From Planctomycetota bacterium (GTDB lineage: Bacteria; Planctomycetota; SZUA-567; H5-PLA8): 64,000 nt of DNA. Below are positions 56,898 through 64,000 of the stretch, one piece after another. Location: assembly GCA_038227875.1 (NCBI GenBank), contig JBBRPR010000002.1, positions 160,001-224,000 on the forward strand, given 5' to 3'. Made by a program: the position numbers and the translations under genes. The notes under the pieces are model-generated. The model was given only the letters and a program-made list of their open reading frames with translations, ran no database searches and was not told the DNA's origin. Each line of letters starts with the position of its first letter. Position 1 is the stretch's first letter.

Positions 56898-58031
56898 ATG
56901 CGCCCGTTTGCCCTTCTACTGCTGAGTCTACTCTCCCTGTCCCCGGCCTGGTCAGCGGACACCGAACCCAACACGCCTGAAGTTGCCGCAAAAGTCGCCG
57001 AGGCGGCGAAACAACTTCCAGAACAGTACACCAATCGCCCGCTGCTTTTCCTGCCGATGCTCGACGCCCCGAAACAATTGAAGGGCGATCTCTCCGATCC
57101 GATCTGGGAGAAGGCCACGCCGTTCAATCTGCAGAGCATGGTCAAAGGCGAACTGGTGCCGCCGAAGTTCGTGACCGCGGCGCGGATGTTCTGCACCAGC
57201 GACGCCATCTACCTCGGTGTGAAGTGTGAAGACCCCGACCCCGCCAACGCCACCGTCAGCAATCCGGCCGCGTGGCAGAACGACTCACTGGAATTCTTCC
57301 TCTTCCCCGGCGAGAGCTGCAAAGGCGGGAAGCTTTACTACCAGATCTGCGTGGATGCCTCGAAGAAGATCGAGTTCTACCACACGCACCTCTACCCGAA
57401 GAATACGTTCGGCGGCCGCAGCGAACCGTGGAAGCCGGCGGGGGTCGAATGTGAAATCACCAAGGACGCCAAAAGCTGGACGCTCGAATTGAAGATCAAG
57501 TATTCCGACATGGTGCTGCCTGATGAAGTGAAAGAGAAGCGCGCGATCTGGCGCATGGACCTCTTCCGCAACCGCGTCGCGCGCGGCAACATTTCCGCGC
57601 AGAGCATGGCCTGGGCGCCGACGGACGCGACCGGCAGCTACCATCTCTGCGGACGCTACGGCTACCTGCTTCCCGCCGCGCTGGTGAGCACCGACGTGAT
57701 CGGCACGGTGCTGGCCAACGCCAAGGGCGCCACGACGACCGACACGCCGCCGGCGCAGGAACTCTCGCGCGAAGTCACCGAACTGATCGGGCGGCTGGGC
57801 AACGACGACTACAATGTCCGCAACACCGCGATGCTCAACCTCAACACGATGGTCGAAGAGAAGAAGCTCGGCCGCTTCATCCAGACGCAGTTAAAGAAAA
57901 CACTCTCGGAAACGGAGGACTCGGAAGTAAAAATGCGCTCGATCAAGGTCTTGAAGACCTGCTATTCGTGGCTCAATCCCGACGACGACACGCCGCCGGT
58001 CAACAACAACGACTGGCAGGCCAAAGAATAG
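56898..58031 (+). CDS. Secreted protein with CBM9-like sugar-binding domain and HEAT-like C-terminus
   Basis: Signal peptide; LKGDLSDPIWEKA, DAIYLGVKCED, WQNDSLEFFL, WTLELKI. Confidence 0.8.
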   Translation: MRPFALLLLSLLSLSPAWSADTEPNTPEVAAKVAEAAKQLPEQYTNRPLLFLPMLDAPKQLKGDLSDPIWEKATPFNLQSMVKGELVPPKFVTAARMFCTSDAIYLGVKCEDPDPANATVSNPAAWQNDSLEFFLFPGESCKGGKLYYQICVDASKKIEFYHTHLYPKNTFGGRSEPWKPAGVECEITKDAKSWTLELKIKYSDMVLPDEVKEKRAIWRMDLFRNRVARGNISAQSMAWAPTDATGSYHLCGRYGYLLPAALVSTDVIGTVLANAKGATTTDTPPAQELSREVTELIGRLGNDDYNVRNTAMLNLNTMVEEKKLGRFIQTQLKKTLSETEDSEVKMRSIKVLKTCYSWLNPDDDTPPVNNNDWQAKE

Positions 58032-58037
58032 TCCGGT

Positions 58038-58967
58038 TTAAGACTTGAGTGCGTCGGCGCCGATCCCCACGGCGCCCATCAGCGCCGCGTAATCTCCCAA
58101 CGCCGCCGGAACCACGCTGCTTTTGCCTTCCAGAAAATGCGGCAGGAACTGTTCGACCTTTTTCCGCAGTGGCACGAATAACACGTCTCCCGCCAGCGAA
58201 ACACCACCGCCAATGACCACACGTTGCAGATCGTACGCACAAATCGCCATTCCCACGCCGCGCGCCAGATGGCTGGCGGCCGTGTCGCGGACGGCCACCG
58301 CCCAGGCTTCGTTATTCCGCGCCGCATCGAAGACGGTCTTGGCGGTGAAGTTCTCGGGAATCGGCTTCCCCAGCTTTTGCAGCGCCCGTTTGCCTTCGCG
58401 CGCGATCCCCGGGCCGCAGGCGAGCGCTTCGAGATTGCCGGGCTTCCCCGCCGCGTACTGCGGCGCGTCCGGGGAGTCATCGAGCACGAACTGGCCGAAC
58501 TCCGCGGCCATGCCGTGCGCGCCGCGGAAGAGTTTCCCATCGAGGATCACGCCGCCGCCGATCCCGGTACTGACGGTGAAGTACGCCATGGTCGGAAACC
58601 CGCGCCCGGCGCCGTACCGGAATTCGCCGACCGCGCCGGCATTGGCGTCGTTTTCCACGCGCACGGGAACGCCAAACGCCTTCTGGAGCTCCGCCGAAAG
58701 ATTGATCGATTCCCACCCGGAGACATGCATGGAAAGAATCTTCCCAGCGTTGTCCACAGGCCCGCCAAACGAGACCGCGACCACGCGAATCGGCGTGGCG
58801 CTCCTGGCGACGCAGGCCTGTCCCGCGGCGACGAGATGCGCGAGCCATTCCTGCCCGCCCTTCGAACCGCCGCGCTGCAAGGTTGTGACTTCGCCCCGCG
58901 TGCCGTCGGCCTGAGCCAGACAGCAGCGCCCCTGAGTGCCACCGATATCGAACGCGAGAATTTCCAT
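58038..58967 (-). CDS. ROK family sugar kinase (glucokinase-like)
   Basis: FDIGGT, VENDANAGAVGE..YGAG, STGIGGG; the usual CxCGxxGC zinc motif is replaced by YAAGKPGN. Confidence 0.9.
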   Translation of the reverse strand: MEILAFDIGGTQGRCCLAQADGTRGEVTTLQRGGSKGGQEWLAHLVAAGQACVARSATPIRVVAVSFGGPVDNAGKILSMHVSGWESINLSAELQKAFGVPVRVENDANAGAVGEFRYGAGRGFPTMAYFTVSTGIGGGVILDGKLFRGAHGMAAEFGQFVLDDSPDAPQYAAGKPGNLEALACGPGIAREGKRALQKLGKPIPENFTAKTVFDAARNNEAWAVAVRDTAASHLARGVGMAICAYDLQRVVIGGGVSLAGDVLFVPLRKKVEQFLPHFLEGKSSVVPAALGDYAALMGAVGIGADALKS

Positions 58968-59056
58968 GGTTTCAAATGGCAATTAAACGCGCTGGTTTCA
59001 AAATGGCAAGTGTCGGAGCAGGCGGACAGCGGGATTCGGGAATCGGGATTCGACGT

Positions 59057-59437
59057 ATGGCGCACTTCAATGTTCCTCTGAACTTACCTCACGCCGCGAC
59101 GGTGGCGACGCGGTTGCTCTACCATATCAATCGTGTCCAGCCGGATGCCGCCAAGGCGAAGCCCGCCGCGGAACTCGCAATGGATCTGAGCGACTGCCTG
59201 CGCCCGTACAAGATGCAGGACGAGAACCCGCCCGAAGCCGAAGGGAAGAAAGTCGCGCAGGAAGCCGCGCGCATCGCCCGCTTGCTCGTCGACGAAATCG
59301 CGCGCGGCGGCTACGGCGACGACCGCCTCGGCCAGGCGATTCGTAATCTGTTCGAATGCCTGGAACTCGGCGAGGAAGGAGCGAAGCAGTCCCTGCGCGC
59401 TGGAGAGAATCCCGACTCAGCGCTGCGGGCCGTCTAA
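59057..59437 (+). CDS. Hypothetical protein
   Basis: 126-aa ORF with host-like codon usage, convergent with atpD. Confidence 0.65.
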   Translation: MAHFNVPLNLPHAATVATRLLYHINRVQPDAAKAKPAAELAMDLSDCLRPYKMQDENPPEAEGKKVAQEAARIARLLVDEIARGGYGDDRLGQAIRNLFECLELGEEGAKQSLRAGENPDSALRAV

Positions 59438-59468
59438 AACGAAACTGCCTCGCGCAAGGCGAGGCAGT
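59436..59468 (-). terminator. Terminator of the atp operon
   Basis: 10-bp stem actgcctcgc/gcgaggcagt followed by ttcgtttt on the minus strand. Confidence 0.7.
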
Positions 59469-59492
59469 CTCGGAACAGAATGAACAAGGACT

Positions 59493-60947
<1,455 letters not shown>

Positions 60948-60966
60948 TCATTCAGTTGCGTTGACT

Positions 60967-61455
60967 CTACTTCGCCGGCTGCGCAGGTTGCGCGGGTTGT
61001 GCCGGTTGACCTTGTTGCGCCGCCTTGGCCGCCGCTTCCAACTCCGCCAGAAACCGCTTTCCGTCCGTGGAGTCGATGTCCAGAAACTTGAAATCGCCTT
61101 CGGTCTTCGCGATGGTGACAACGTGGTTCGGATAGGTCGTCTTCGTTCCGCCAGCGCCGCCTTCGGGAGCGGCCTCCTGGTACAGCACCACCACCCGCTT
61201 GCCCTTTTCTTCCTTGATGATCTGCTGAATCTTGATCTTGTATCCCGACCCGTTCTTCGGTCCGGCGAACACCGCCACCACCGTTTCCTTCTCGAAGTTC
61301 ACGCCCGGCATCTGGTCTTCGCGACCGCCGTCGGCCGTCCACACGTTCACCATTTCCCCGCGCGACTGAAAGACCAACTCCGCCGGCGACTGATGATTAC
61401 CCCACGAGACCGCATGAACGATACTGACCAGCACCCAGACGATTGCCATGGCCAT
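60967..61455 (-). CDS. Secreted PrcB C-terminal-domain-like protein inside the atp operon
   Basis: Signal peptide; P.VNFEKETVVAVFAG.K..SGY.I.I..I...TYP..VV.I pattern. Confidence 0.75.
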   Translation of the reverse strand: MAMAIVWVLVSIVHAVSWGNHQSPAELVFQSRGEMVNVWTADGGREDQMPGVNFEKETVVAVFAGPKNGSGYKIKIQQIIKEEKGKRVVVLYQEAAPEGGAGGTKTTYPNHVVTIAKTEGDFKFLDIDSTDGKRFLAELEAAAKAAQQGQPAQPAQPAQPAK

Positions 61456-61479
61456 GCTCCTTTTCCCTTGGGGAAAGTG

Positions 61480-62400
61480 TTACAGGGCGTTGGCTCCGCC
61501 GACAATTTCGGCGATTTCCTGCGTGATCTTGCCCTGTCGAGCACGATTATACTCGCGGCTGAGATTTTTAATCATGTCATCCGCGCTATCCGTCGCATTT
61601 TTCATTGCCAGGCGGCGCGCCGCGTGTTCGCTGGCCGTACTTTCCAGCATTGCCGTAAAGAGGGACATCTTGACCACCAGCGGAAGCACTTGTGCAAGAA
61701 TCGTCTGCGGATCCGGATGGAACAGATATCCCGCTCCCGTTGCAGGACCCGCTTTCGCTTCCACCGCGACGGCCTTCTTCGCGTTCCTGTCGCCGTCGGA
61801 ATCGCTGTTGCCCTTCAGCGACGAGAGCGGCAGCACCATCTCTTCCTTCGGCGCCTGCGTCGCGGCGCTCTTGAACGACGAGTAGACGAGATAGACTTCG
61901 TCGAGTTCGTTCTTTTCGTACGCGGCGATCAGCTTGTCGGCAATCGCTTCGGCGCGCGAGTAGGCCGGCTTGTCAGAGACGCCGATGAGCCGTTCGGCGA
62001 TCGGCAGGTTCATGTATTTGAACGCGCCGATGCCCTTCTTGCCCTGCACGATGAATTCGAGATCGCGGCCCTTGGCTTTCAGATCGGTGATCAGATTCCT
62101 GGCCACGCGCAGCAAGTTGGAATTGAACGCGCCGCACAGTCCGCGGTCGGCGGTGAGGACGATGACGACGGCCTTCTTGGGCTGGGCATGCGGCACCAGC
62201 AGCGGGTGCTGCATCGCGCCGCCAGCGGAGGCGACGCTGCCGATGATCTCTTTGAGCTTGCTGGAATACGGCCGGGCAGCCAGTGCGGCGCCCTGAGCCT
62301 TGGCCAGCTTGGCCGTCGAGATCTTTTCCATCGTCTTCGTAATCTTCCGCGTGTTGCGGACCGATTTACGACGGCGAACGAGTACGCGTGTATTGGCCAT
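61480..62400 (-). CDS. atpG: F1 ATP synthase gamma subunit
   Basis: KITKTMEKIS, DRGLCGAFN, ASEHAARRLAMKNATD, RARQGKITQEIAEIVGGA. Confidence 0.97.
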   Translation of the reverse strand: MANTRVLVRRRKSVRNTRKITKTMEKISTAKLAKAQGAALAARPYSSKLKEIIGSVASAGGAMQHPLLVPHAQPKKAVVIVLTADRGLCGAFNSNLLRVARNLITDLKAKGRDLEFIVQGKKGIGAFKYMNLPIAERLIGVSDKPAYSRAEAIADKLIAAYEKNELDEVYLVYSSFKSAATQAPKEEMVLPLSSLKGNSDSDGDRNAKKAVAVEAKAGPATGAGYLFHPDPQTILAQVLPLVVKMSLFTAMLESTASEHAARRLAMKNATDSADDMIKNLSREYNRARQGKITQEIAEIVGGANAL

Positions 62401-62511
62401 TGGTTATTTCAACGTCCTGTTTTGTATCGCCCCACTTACTGCTTGAGTCCCGCCAGAATCTGCAGCGGAACTCTCCCTCTTTGCACACACTCCATTCGAA
62501 ATTGCATTACT

Positions 62512-64000
<1,489 letters not shown>

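Overview
This is a GC-rich bacterial chromosomal window, probably Planctomycetota/PVC (inferred from the prepilin-type gene cluster, the insert-rich LepB and the extended AtpA loop). It carries about 55 protein genes. I recognised no rRNA, tRNA, CRISPR array, transposase or integrase. Housekeeping blocks are pdhA-pdhB-pdhC with a divergent LysR gene, cysD-(GxxExxY)-cysNC, lepA-lepB-lptB, atpA-atpG-(PrcB-like)-atpD, eda-nnrD, dksA, an L,D-transpeptidase, a ROK kinase and several carbohydrate-active or secreted proteins. The most unusual item is an intact ~1020-aa ORF (52949-56011, minus strand). It fuses the RNA polymerase beta C-terminal region to the beta-prime N-terminal clamp and ends in a DUF1963/YwqG-like domain. 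It lacks the NADFDGD catalytic motif and the beta-prime zinc-binding domain but keeps the sigma/NusG-binding coiled coil, so it is a candidate RNAP mimic or decoy. Other highlights: (1) a compact major-vault-protein-like gene with a near-consensus, operator-overlapped promoter; (2) a paralogous two-TM 'R[IF]HLS[ST]A' family with exchangeable central domains; (3) a sigma-54 promoter-driven five-gene pilin/pseudopilin cluster whose divergent activator shares a CxxC...CxxC module with a downstream membrane protein; (4) a degenerate PDH E1-alpha paralogue; (5) an arsD-arsA unit led by a sigma-54 activator rather than ArsR; (6) several classes of intergenic repeat, including inverted repeats flanking small inserted genes. 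All calls come from motif recognition by eye; no database searches were run.
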